Assembly (NCBI GenBank): GCA_964548505.1
Contig: CAZJQE010000001.1
Span: forward strand, 1 to 52,453
DNA from: an uncultured Candidatus Saccharibacteria bacterium
GTDB taxonomy: Bacteria; Patescibacteriota; Minisyncoccia; Phycocordibacterales; UBA9973
Direction of reading: 5' to 3'
DNA length: 52,453 nucleotides
Below the pieces are notes generated by a model. That model was not told the DNA's origin. It was given only the letters and a program-made list of their open reading frames with translations, and ran no database searches. This document shows, in pieces, positions 1 to 8,674 of the stretch (position 1 is its first letter; the number at the start of each line of letters is the position of its first letter). The position numbers and the translations under genes are program-made.

Positions 1-128
1 GCTAAGGCAAAGAGCAACATGATGAGCGGATTTATGATATATTCATTCAGATGTAGAATAAATTGATCAATACTCTCGCCTCCATCAGTAGCACTAGCAT
101 ATGCGATGTTCGTGAAAAATAAATCCAT
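1..128 (-). CDS. T4SS-pilin-like (TrbC/VirB2-type) small membrane protein, N-terminal part only (runs off the window)
   Basis: Minus-strand ATG at 126-128. The translation MDLFFTNIAYASATDGGESIDQFILHLNEYIINPLIMLLFAL... stays open to the window edge. It starts 11 nt after the stop of the 140..532 paralog. It is absent from the ORF track because it is truncated. Confidence 0.4.
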   Translation of the reverse strand, partial: MDLFFTNIAYASATDGGESIDQFILHLNEYIINPLIMLLFAL

Positions 129-139
129 AATATTCTATA

Positions 140-532
140 TTAACAACCTGGAGTTCCTGCTACACAGGGAATCTGATTTATGGTACTAGAATTATTACCA
201 TTTAGTCCAAAAGTAGTGGTTACTATATTTACAAGACCCCACATACCAACGATAACAACCAAACCTATAATACCAAAGATAACTCTATTTCTTCCTGCCT
301 TCTTGGCTTCTTCGTCGTTACCTATCATGTAAGTGATAACTCCCCAGATGAAATATACAACCCCAAGAACAATCAAAATCGGAATTAATGTATTTAAAAT
401 TCCTCCAATTTTACAAAGAAGGGCCTCAATACCAGTTATTCCTTGACACTGATTGGAAGCTTGATTTTGTGCAAAAGCAAGTGGAGCAAACGCTAAACCA
501 AGACCTGATAAAACAATTAATTTATTTTTCAT
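140..532 (-). CDS. TrbC/VirB2-like T4SS pilin family protein
   Basis: Signal-like N-terminus MKNKLIVLSGLGLAFAPLAFA. Two hydrophobic helices are separated by a charged turn (VVYFIWGVITYMIGNDEEAKKAGRNRVIFGIIGLVVIV), which is the layout of conjugative VirB2/TrbC pilins and the T4SS_pilin family. Confidence 0.7.
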   Translation of the reverse strand: MKNKLIVLSGLGLAFAPLAFAQNQASNQCQGITGIEALLCKIGGILNTLIPILIVLGVVYFIWGVITYMIGNDEEAKKAGRNRVIFGIIGLVVIVGMWGLVNIVTTTFGLNGNNSSTINQIPCVAGTPGC

Positions 533-557
533 AATTTTTAAAACCTTATCTAATAAT

Positions 558-590
558 TTCCGCCATAAGCGGATCAGCCTATGGCTGAAA
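558..590. repeat. Double-hairpin intergenic motif (CCGC-N5-GCGG plus CAGCC-N3-GGCTG), copy 1
   Basis: TTTCCGCCATAAGCGGATCAGCCTATGGCTGAAA. This is the near reverse complement of the copy at 998-1031. Confidence 0.7.
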
Positions 591-672
591 ACGACCTTAT
601 AATACTAATAATAATAATTTCCTAAAAGGATACATATATAATAACATAAAACAAACTAATCTACAATAAAAA

Positions 673-975
673 CTACTGGCTTTTTACTTGTGGAACACTA
701 AAATCAATATTGAATGTATCAGTAAGTATTGACACAAGCCCCCAGACAGACACCATAACAGAAAGTGCGATAATGCCCCAAATCATAAAGCTTTTACCTT
801 TTGCTTTTTTTGCCTCTTCGTCATTATTTATAACATACTGCACAATACCCCAGACAATACTAGCAATAGCTAAAACAAAAATTAATGGAATAACGGAATG
901 ACTAATTATACAAGAAACATAACTTATCAAGTCACCCAACAATGGATTATTTCCTAAGGTACAAAAATTTGTCAT
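673..975 (-). CDS. TrbC/VirB2-like T4SS pilin family protein (paralog)
   Basis: Same two-helix core with a charged turn: IVWGIVQYVINNDEEAKKAKGKSFMIWGIIALSVMV. Confidence 0.7.
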   Translation of the reverse strand: MTNFCTLGNNPLLGDLISYVSCIISHSVIPLIFVLAIASIVWGIVQYVINNDEEAKKAKGKSFMIWGIIALSVMVSVWGLVSILTDTFNIDFSVPQVKSQ

Positions 976-997
976 AAATTTTAATAATAATTAATAA

Positions 998-1031
998 TTT
1001 CAGCCATAGGCTGATCCGCCTCAGGCGGAAA
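998..1031. repeat. Double-hairpin intergenic motif, copy 2 (inverted relative to copy 1)
   Basis: TTTCAGCCATAGGCTGATCCGCCTCAGGCGGAAA, lying between two pilin paralogs. Confidence 0.7.
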
Positions 1032-1032
1032 T

Positions 1033-1389
1033 TTATAATGAAAGCACGGTATTTGAAATAAGTTGTGCAATTGCCCAAGAGCCTAAAAGTATTGCCGCCC
1101 CAATCACTGTATAGAGCAATGCATCTTTTGCTTCTTTTATTTTTTCTGAATTACCTCGAGCAGATACAAAGAGAAAACCACAGTAAATTATTGCAAGAGC
1201 TATTATAGGAATACCAATTTTTAATGCTCCTTCAAGTAATGTCTTTATAAGACCGTTTATAGTGTCTGAACTTATTGGATTGTTAATTTTATTAACCTCA
1301 TCAGCAGCAAAAGAAATAATTGGTACAAAAAAAGCAAACGTAAATAAAGAAATTTTTGAACTAATATTTTTAATATAATTTATATTCAT
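1033..1389 (-). CDS. TrbC/VirB2-like T4SS pilin family protein (divergent paralog)
   Basis: Signal-like N-terminus. Core sequence IIYCGFLFVSARGNSEKIKEAKDALLYTVIGAAILLG. Confidence 0.6.
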   Translation of the reverse strand: MNINYIKNISSKISLFTFAFFVPIISFAADEVNKINNPISSDTINGLIKTLLEGALKIGIPIIALAIIYCGFLFVSARGNSEKIKEAKDALLYTVIGAAILLGSWAIAQLISNTVLSL

Positions 1390-1410
1390 ATCTTTTTATT
1401 ATACATTAAA

Positions 1411-2643
1411 TTAAAGCCCAATCCAAGAACCATCCCAACCTACAATTAATAACAATGTATGGATTATAAGCCACGCAGCTGCAGCAAAAATAAGACCAAG
1501 GGCAACATTGGTAAATATTTCCTTTGCTTTTGTTCTTTTGCCAGATTCACCGCCTGAAGTAACGAGCATAAATCCTGCATACGCAAACATAATAGCAGCA
1601 ATGGGTATTGCCATAACAAATAAGAGAAAATTTATTACTCTATTTATAAGTGCCATAAGATGATCAAAGTCACAATCCACGGGATTATCTTTTGTCCCAC
1701 ATGTCACAAGACCAATTGTTCCATCTCCACTATCACTACCACCAGAGAGACCTTCTTCTTTAAATGTATAAAATGAACCATTTGGTCCCTCACTGCTAGA
1801 ATATTTATAATGTCCATCTGGAGTTAATCCAGTAAATTGAATCAATCCAGTCCCATTATCATCGATAGTATAAGTCTGATAATCTGTATAAGTAGGCGTT
1901 GCAGAATCATAATTAACTACATCAAAACTTATTTCTTTATTATAAGGAAATCCCGAAAGTGCAAAATCAACCGATGTTTTTGTTATATCGTTAATATTAA
2001 CGGTCATGCCAGGAGGAATAGTATTTAGAACAAAGGCTGTAACTGTATAAACTTTCTTTTCTCCTTCATAAGAAGTGACAGTATAAGTAACTGAGTCGGT
2101 AAAATCTTTCACTACTCCAGATGCTGGACTTATTGTTGCACCATTTGAAACTGAAATTATTGGCAGTAAAGAAGTTACACTACTCCCCGCGGGTAATGTT
2201 AGAACAATAGAATTACCAGTTATCTCACCCATGATTGTAGGAACAAAATCATAAAGACCAATGGATACAATATCATTTACTGACAAAGTACCAGTTGCTG
2301 TAAAAGTAACTGTTCCGAGAGTTGCACTTTGTCCTGTATAATTAAAAGTACCAACATATTTTCCACCCGCAACTAATCCAGTAAATTCAGAAATTGCTCT
2401 ACCTGTATCATCACTTATAGCAGTTTGTGTCTTCGAAATATAAGGAACAGCGTGAGGATTACTAGAATGGCTATGCATATTAAAAGTAACGCCAGTAAGT
2501 GGTAAAAGACCATTAGCAACTAAAGTAACCGAAGTTGACGATAAATCTTCATACGAAATTGATTCTGTTGCCAAAGAAAATTTTGGAGAAATAAAAATAC
2601 TTAAAATGAAAACTATTATTAAAGCACTATATTTTAATTTCAT
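1411..2643 (-). CDS. Exported Ig/FN3-like repeat protein fused to a C-terminal VirB2-like pilin core
   Basis: N-terminal signal or anchor, then about 310 aa of beta-rich modules. Two modules are similar and end ...EFTGLVAGGKYVG and ...QFTGLTPDGHYKY. The C-terminal core is AIMFAYAGFMLVTSGGESGKRTKAKEIFTNVALGLIFAAAAW. Confidence 0.6.
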   Translation of the reverse strand: MKLKYSALIIVFILSIFISPKFSLATESISYEDLSSTSVTLVANGLLPLTGVTFNMHSHSSNPHAVPYISKTQTAISDDTGRAISEFTGLVAGGKYVGTFNYTGQSATLGTVTFTATGTLSVNDIVSIGLYDFVPTIMGEITGNSIVLTLPAGSSVTSLLPIISVSNGATISPASGVVKDFTDSVTYTVTSYEGEKKVYTVTAFVLNTIPPGMTVNINDITKTSVDFALSGFPYNKEISFDVVNYDSATPTYTDYQTYTIDDNGTGLIQFTGLTPDGHYKYSSSEGPNGSFYTFKEEGLSGGSDSGDGTIGLVTCGTKDNPVDCDFDHLMALINRVINFLLFVMAIPIAAIMFAYAGFMLVTSGGESGKRTKAKEIFTNVALGLIFAAAAWLIIHTLLLIVGWDGSWIGL

Positions 2644-2648
2644 AAATT

Positions 2649-3941
2649 TTACTTAAAGAATAATATATTAAGCTTAGAACTTGAATCTTTTATGGCTTCT
2701 TTTGGTTTTAAATTATTTGAAAGTACACTATCAACCATATTCCTAAAAATGTTATCGGTATCTGTTGTTGAAGGATCAAGCCAACTTGCTCCAAACAATG
2801 CTGAAGAATAAAATATTGGTGAATAAGCATCGATTTGTTTTTTAGATAACAAATCACGTCTTGCTGGCACAGACGAAGTTGCTTCTGCGTATTTCAGAGC
2901 AAAATCTCCAGTTGCCATCAGGCTTGCTGCCGTGAAAGCTGTACTGAAATTTTTGGAAAAAGAAGAAACAGCGATACCTGTTACTTTTGCATATGTTAAT
3001 TTATTATTAGCCCCTTTTACTTGTGGCATGGGTGCTACAGAAAAATTTTGATTTGGGTTTTTACTTACTAAAGATTCCAATTCACTAGCATATCCAAAAT
3101 AAAATGCTAAATTTTCAGCACTAAACTCATCGCGAGAATTTGAAAGTGATTTATTCCAAGAGTAAACACTTTTCGATGGATCAGTAAAATCTGTATAAAA
3201 TTGTAAAACAGAACCTAAGTCATAACTTCCATTACTAGTATCAAGCCCTGAAGAAAAGATACCATCTTTTTCGACAACAATTGGATTCCCTACTTGCATA
3301 AATAAAGTGGTTAAAATATCTTTTGCGTGCATTACGTTTGAAAACTGTCCCATTGCAACAGTACTTTTTATTATTTTACTTGAATCATCTTTTTTGGTAA
3401 TAATAGGAACGATACTTTCAAATTCATCCCATGTTGCTGGAGGGTAAACGATATTATTTGCATCAAGTGTATTTCTGTTAAAATACATAACAAGTGGATC
3501 AATCGTGATTGGTAAAGCAAGCATTCCTTTCCCCGTCAGAAAAACTTCTCCTGCCCTTGCAAAACTATTTTTAAAAGTAGCTAACGGATAACTTTGGTAT
3601 GGAATAATATAAATTTTATTACTATATTTATATGCTAAATCATTAGAAATAAAAAACATATCAGGACCCTTCCCGGCAGCGAGAGCTTCAAGCAAATCAC
3701 TATCGAAAGTTTCTGGATATTTTTGGACATATTTTACAACAAAAGCAGTATTAGCTTTATTAAAATCACCAATTGCTTGCGTCATTTTATCACTTTTTTC
3801 TGTACCCCATATAACCACAGTACCAAGTGCTCCTTGCTTTGTATTTTTCCCAATCTGTATTAGCCCAGCAAAAGCCAAAACACCAAAAACAGCTGCTGCC
3901 ATAAATACTACTACCAATATTATTTGAAAATTTCCTTTCAT
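2649..3941 (-). CDS. Membrane-anchored extracellular solute-binding protein (ABC family 1, sugar-type)
   Basis: N-terminal TM helix. Typical SBP_bac_1 N-lobe: VVIWGTEKSD...LLEALAAGKGPDMFFISNDL. No permease or ATPase gene is adjacent. Confidence 0.7.
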   Translation of the reverse strand: MKGNFQIILVVVFMAAAVFGVLAFAGLIQIGKNTKQGALGTVVIWGTEKSDKMTQAIGDFNKANTAFVVKYVQKYPETFDSDLLEALAAGKGPDMFFISNDLAYKYSNKIYIIPYQSYPLATFKNSFARAGEVFLTGKGMLALPITIDPLVMYFNRNTLDANNIVYPPATWDEFESIVPIITKKDDSSKIIKSTVAMGQFSNVMHAKDILTTLFMQVGNPIVVEKDGIFSSGLDTSNGSYDLGSVLQFYTDFTDPSKSVYSWNKSLSNSRDEFSAENLAFYFGYASELESLVSKNPNQNFSVAPMPQVKGANNKLTYAKVTGIAVSSFSKNFSTAFTAASLMATGDFALKYAEATSSVPARRDLLSKKQIDAYSPIFYSSALFGASWLDPSTTDTDNIFRNMVDSVLSNNLKPKEAIKDSSSKLNILFFK

Positions 3942-4061
3942 CCCGTTAGAGATAGGAAATGCTTTGCATTTCCGTAGTCTTATTATTTTTTATTAAAATT
4001 TTCGACATAAAATTATTTTTTTTATTTTGTTCTTTTTTTAACTATAAAATATCTAACGGGA
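3941..4061. repeat. Intergenic unit bounded by inverted TCCCGTTAGA / TCTAACGGGA
   Basis: TCCCGTTAGAGATA at 3941-3954 and ATATCTAACGGGA at 4049-4061 bracket an AT-rich spacer. The spacer also contains the hairpin GGAAATGC-TTT-GCATTTCC. The left arm abuts the start codon of the SBP gene. Confidence 0.6.
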
Positions 4062-4062
4062 T

Positions 4063-4590
4063 TCATGTTCCTTTGTTCAGTAATATCATACCATAATGAT
4101 GTTCTCCTGCATCAATATCTCGTTCGAGCACAAAACCTTTTTTTTGAAATAAAGACAGAGCTTTTTCTTTTGAAAAAGCATTCTCTGTGTTTGGCCCCAC
4201 TGGCGATGAGTCAGTCCAATCAACAACCAATACTTTGCCTCCTACTTTTGATATTCTCTTAATTTCTTCAATAAATTTATCTTTTGATTCAATTTGAAAT
4301 AAAATGTTAGAAACAATAACTGCATCCACAATACCATCTCGTATTTTCGTACCACCAACTTTTTCTACGTTACCCCAAAAACATTCGACATTGTGCAAAT
4401 TAGCATTGTGCACTTTATTTTTTATTGTTGCTACATAATCTTTTATTATTTCAACAGCATACACTTTCCCTTTTGGTACCATTTCTCCTGCTGCAACTGA
4501 ATAAAACCCGGTTCCAGCTCCAAGATCTGCTACAATCATATCTTCTCTTAATCCAAATTGTTTTAAGTTTTTTACAGGATCAGCAAACAT
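4063..4590 (-). CDS. Class I SAM-dependent methyltransferase
   Basis: Motif I VADLGAGTGFYS, and the Rossmann layout continues with VYAVEI... Confidence 0.8.
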   Translation of the reverse strand: MFADPVKNLKQFGLREDMIVADLGAGTGFYSVAAGEMVPKGKVYAVEIIKDYVATIKNKVHNANLHNVECFWGNVEKVGGTKIRDGIVDAVIVSNILFQIESKDKFIEEIKRISKVGGKVLVVDWTDSSPVGPNTENAFSKEKALSLFQKKGFVLERDIDAGEHHYGMILLNKGT

Positions 4591-4618
4591 AAATTAATTA
4601 TATACTACTAAATATCAA

Positions 4619-7084
4619 TTAAACACAGGCAATTGATGCAATGCCATCACCTGCTCGAAGTCGCATAACAGTCACACCTTGTGTCTGACGGCCAAGAGAG
4701 GAAATTTCTTTGAGTGGAGTTCTGATTACTTGTCCCTTTTTTGACATTGCAATCAATTCTTCTTCCTCTCCTGTCAAGACTTTTGCCACAATTAATTTTC
4801 CAGTTTTTGGTGTTACTTTTGCAGTTTTTATTCCAGAACCACCTCTTTTTTGAACTTTATATTCTTTCAGAGTAGTTTTCTTTCCAAAACCATTTGCACT
4901 CATGGTCAAGAAAAATCCATCTTTTTTATCTTTTTTTATTACATCAACAGCAATAACTTCATCCCCTTTTCCAAGCTTTACTCCTCGTACTCCACCCGCG
5001 GTACGACCCATTTCTCTTATGTCACTTTCTTTAAATCGAATTGACTGTCCATTTGTAGTTGCCAACATCACTTCATCCCCTTTATCTGTAAGCAACGCTG
5101 ATATAAGCTCATCTCCTTTATCTAATCTAATAGAAATTATTCCACTTCGACGAACATCTTTAAAGCTTTCTCCTGACATTTTTTTTGCTGTACCATTTTT
5201 TGTAACAAGCATTAAAGAAATTGGAGATTTTTTTATTTCTTTATCCATTGGCAATATCCCTGTAACTTTTTCATCTCCGGCAAGTGATAAGAAATTCATG
5301 ATTGATTTTCCTTTTGTTGCACGTCGTCCTTCTGGAATATCATACATTTTCATTTGATATGCTTTTCCTAAATTGGTAAAGAAAAGCAAATCACTATGTG
5401 TTGAACCTGAAACTAATTTTGTCACAAAATCTTCTTCTTTTGTTTCAAGATCAACCACTCCAACCCCACCTCGCTTTTGTGCTCGATATTCACTTGGGTC
5501 TGTTCGCTTTACATATCCACCAGCGGTGAAAACAAGCATTGTTTCTTCATTTGGGATTAAGTCTTCATCATTTATTTCTTTTACTCCCCCTTTCACTATT
5601 TTTGTCCTACGTTCATCAGCATATTTTTCGCCAATTTCTTCAAGTTCTTTAGAAATAATCTTTAGAATTCTTTTTGAATTAGCTAAAATATCCTTCATTT
5701 CCTTGATAAAATCTTGTTTTTCTTTTAACTCATTTTCAACATTCTTTCTTTCAAGTCCAGCAAGCTTTTGTAATTTCATCTCAAGAATTGCTGTTGCCTG
5801 TAAATCAGAGAATTTAAATCCTTTCATTAAATTTACTTTTGCAATTTGTGCATCTTTTGATGCTCGAATAATTTTAATAACTTGATCAATTTTATCAAGA
5901 GCCTTCTTGAGTCCAAGAAGTATGTGTTCTCTTTCTTCTGCTTTTTTTAAATCATAAAGTGACCTTCGTTTTACAATTTCTTTTCTATGAGAAATAAATT
6001 CTGAAAGAATTGACTTTAAAGAAAGAGTTTGAGGCACACCATCTACAAGCGCCACAATATTAAAATTGAAGTTCTGTTCAAGTTGAGTATTTTTATAAAT
6101 ATAATTTAAAACTTTTTCAGGGTGTGCTCCATTTTTCAAATCAATTACAACACGAATATCTTTCGTTGATTCATCTCGCAAACCTTTTATACCATCAAGT
6201 TTCTTTTCTTGGACAAGTTCAGCAATAGCCATTATTAAATTTGCTTTGTTTACCCGAAATGGAATTGAAGTGATAATGATTTGATACATTCCACTTTTTG
6301 TTTCTGTAATTTCAGCCTCTCCCCTACACACCACTCCACCTCTACCGCTCGAATATGCATGAAGCATGTCTTTGTATCCATAAGCAATTCCCCCAGTAGG
6401 AAAATCAGGGCCCTTAATAAATTGCATTAAATCTTCTGTACTTGCATCTTCATTGTCAATTAAAAATCTTGTAGCATCTACTACTTCTTTAAGATTGTGT
6501 GATGGAATATTTGTTGCCATTCCAACAGCAATACCAAGTGTTCCGTTCAATAATAATGCCGGAACACTAGCTGGAAACACTATTGGTTCTTTACGTGTTT
6601 GATCATAGTTGGGACGAAAATCAACTGTTTCTTTTTCTAAATCTCGCATTAGTTCGGCAGAAATTTTAGACATTTTTGCTTCGGTATAACGCATGGCAGC
6701 CGCATTGTCTCCATCAATAGAACCAAAGTTTCCTTGTCCAAGTACGAGTGGGTATCTATAAGAGAATTCTTGTGCCATTCCAACCATTGTGTCATATACC
6801 GCAGTATCTCCATGGGGATGATATTTACCAAGCACATCTCCAACTACTGCAGCCGATTTTCGGAATCGAGCACTTGAAGTTAGACCCATTTCATTCATCG
6901 CAAACAAAATTCTTCTGTGCACAGGCTTTAATCCATCTCTTACATCTGGCAATGCACGTTGAGTTATAACCGACATTGCATATGCCAGATATGACTCTTT
7001 CATTTCCCCTACGATATCAACTGGGACTATCCCATTCGTTCTTTGTGGTTTTTCTTCTATTGTAGAATCTTTCTTTTTTGCCAT
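4619..7084 (-). CDS. gyrA: DNA gyrase subunit A
   Basis: Full-length at 821 aa. Contains [16 protein letters not shown], the AAMRYTE active-site Tyr region and C-terminal beta-pinwheel repeats. Confidence 0.97.
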   Translation of the reverse strand: MAKKKDSTIEEKPQRTNGIVPVDIVGEMKESYLAYAMSVITQRALPDVRDGLKPVHRRILFAMNEMGLTSSARFRKSAAVVGDVLGKYHPHGDTAVYDTMVGMAQEFSYRYPLVLGQGNFGSIDGDNAAAMRYTEAKMSKISAELMRDLEKETVDFRPNYDQTRKEPIVFPASVPALLLNGTLGIAVGMATNIPSHNLKEVVDATRFLIDNEDASTEDLMQFIKGPDFPTGGIAYGYKDMLHAYSSGRGGVVCRGEAEITETKSGMYQIIITSIPFRVNKANLIMAIAELVQEKKLDGIKGLRDESTKDIRVVIDLKNGAHPEKVLNYIYKNTQLEQNFNFNIVALVDGVPQTLSLKSILSEFISHRKEIVKRRSLYDLKKAEEREHILLGLKKALDKIDQVIKIIRASKDAQIAKVNLMKGFKFSDLQATAILEMKLQKLAGLERKNVENELKEKQDFIKEMKDILANSKRILKIISKELEEIGEKYADERRTKIVKGGVKEINDEDLIPNEETMLVFTAGGYVKRTDPSEYRAQKRGGVGVVDLETKEEDFVTKLVSGSTHSDLLFFTNLGKAYQMKMYDIPEGRRATKGKSIMNFLSLAGDEKVTGILPMDKEIKKSPISLMLVTKNGTAKKMSGESFKDVRRSGIISIRLDKGDELISALLTDKGDEVMLATTNGQSIRFKESDIREMGRTAGGVRGVKLGKGDEVIAVDVIKKDKKDGFFLTMSANGFGKKTTLKEYKVQKRGGSGIKTAKVTPKTGKLIVAKVLTGEEEELIAMSKKGQVIRTPLKEISSLGRQTQGVTVMRLRAGDGIASIACV

Positions 7085-7086
7085 AT

Positions 7087-7374
7087 TTATTCTGTATTAG
7101 TATTATCAGTATTAGTATCAGAATTTGTATTAGTAAAAGAACCAGTTGTTCCTTTTATATTTTGATACCCCCCAACTATATCATCTTTTAAAACTGAAAA
7201 GGGCTTTAAATCTTGTTGAACTTTTTTCTTTGTTTCTGTACTTGTAACACTCCTACCTAGAGAAAAAGTCCAAAGAATTACCATAAAAATACCTAAGATA
7301 AAAGTAGCAATATGTAAAATATGTCTTCTTTCTTCTTCGCTACGATTTCTTAATTTATGAATTATTTTTTTCAT
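7087..7374 (-). CDS. Small membrane protein, unknown function
   Basis: One TM helix ([19 protein letters not shown]). Lies 3 nt downstream of gyrA. The tail is Thr/Asn-rich. Confidence 0.5.
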   Translation of the reverse strand: MKKIIHKLRNRSEEERRHILHIATFILGIFMVILWTFSLGRSVTSTETKKKVQQDLKPFSVLKDDIVGGYQNIKGTTGSFTNTNSDTNTDNTNTE

Positions 7375-7392
7375 ATTTATAAAAAAATTACT

Positions 7393-8034
7393 TTATGAAC
7401 TTTTTAATACTACGACCTCGCTTTCTTTCCCTTCTAAATCTTTTCTTTTTAAGGTTAACTTATCAACTATTTCTGCTTTTTCTTCTCCTAATTCCTTGAG
7501 AAAAACTTTAAGAGATGCGTCATCATAATCCATCGGTATAATCATTTTTGGTTCAAGTGAAGAAGCTAATTTTGCAGAATCTTTTACATCAAGCACTCCA
7601 TTGTCTTTTGATCCTTTCCCCCCAACTGGGATAAAAAGAATATCTGGTTCTTCAATTACTTCACGTGCTTCTTTACCTATTTCGATATCAGACAACGCCC
7701 CTAAAAAAACAATATCAATACCATCAACTGTTAAGCAATAGATACTATTTATGTATTTTTTACCACCAATATAAGCACTCGACATTACTCCTTTCACAAA
7801 AATCTCCTTTACTTCATAGTCCCCTGGTCCTGAAATAATAAAAGGCACTCTATCTCCGTGAGAAATTTGGTCTATTCCATTATAATCAGGGTGATTGGTA
7901 GTAACAAGGCCAATATCAGCCCCAAACTTAGCTGAAATACCTGATTTTGAATTTTTACTGACAGGATTAAAGGCAATAACCATCTCTCCTTGGCCAATCT
8001 TAAAAAATTGTTTTCCGAAATATGTAATTATCAT
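7393..8034 (-). CDS. Metallo-beta-lactamase-fold protein (UPF0173-like)
   Basis: MIITYFGKQFFKI...VIAFNPVS...LVTTNHPDYNG resembles the UPF0173 MBL fold, but the HxHxDH motif is degenerate. The start was placed at the internal Met (MIITYFG) rather than at the ORF-track start of 8070. Confidence 0.6.
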   Translation of the reverse strand: MIITYFGKQFFKIGQGEMVIAFNPVSKNSKSGISAKFGADIGLVTTNHPDYNGIDQISHGDRVPFIISGPGDYEVKEIFVKGVMSSAYIGGKKYINSIYCLTVDGIDIVFLGALSDIEIGKEAREVIEEPDILFIPVGGKGSKDNGVLDVKDSAKLASSLEPKMIIPMDYDDASLKVFLKELGEEKAEIVDKLTLKRKDLEGKESEVVVLKSS

Positions 8035-8112
8035 TCCCTTTATTATATCAAAAAAACAAAAGAAAAACAAAAGAAAAAACGGACAATTGTCCGCCTTTTC
8101 TTACTTTTAATT

Positions 8113-8448
8113 TTACTCCATAACTTTCATACCCATTGCTTGAGCGCGATCCTTTGCACCTTTGTTATCTTTATTACTTATTAAATGAATATTGCCATCA
8201 CCTTCCATATAAAATTTAACTCCTGCTTTAACAATATACCATTCTGACCCTTCTTTCTTTTTTGCATTTTCTTTCCGTTCAATAAATTCTGTATTACTAA
8301 TATCTTCAATCTTACATCCAGCTATATTTGCTAATTTTTCTAAAATATCTAAATCATTAATATTAAAGGTTTTTACTCCTTCTTGGGATTCACCTTTTTG
8401 ACTAGTTGGGTTTACTACTTCTGATTTAAAAAAATTTAAATTTACCAT
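8113..8448 (-). CDS. Hypothetical protein
   Basis: Long ORF with native AT-rich codon usage. No recognised motif. Confidence 0.45.
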   Translation of the reverse strand: MVNLNFFKSEVVNPTSQKGESQEGVKTFNINDLDILEKLANIAGCKIEDISNTEFIERKENAKKKEGSEWYIVKAGVKFYMEGDGNIHLISNKDNKGAKDRAQAMGMKVME

Positions 8449-8674
8449 AAATTGCTTTTTAAATTATTGATTAATAACTACATTCTATCCCTACTATACA
8501 TTTTGTCAATAAACTTGAAATTAAATTTAATATGTGGTAATTTGAAAAAATAAACATAGTACTTTGAAATAGTTTTCATCAGGCAATTTGACGCTCAAAA
8601 TTGCTGGTCTACCTTAGATTCCTCTGGGATTTAAGGCGGATCAGCAATTCAGCGTTCCGTAAATAATTACAGAC

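Noticed and set aside
4850-5885. Plus-strand ORFs of 64-170 aa inside gyrA (4850..5044, 4902..5357, 5373..5885)
   Set aside because: They lie antisense to an unambiguous, full-length gyrA. Their translations are low-complexity Ser/Phe/Ile-rich sequences typical of the reverse frame of AT-rich Lys/Glu-rich genes.
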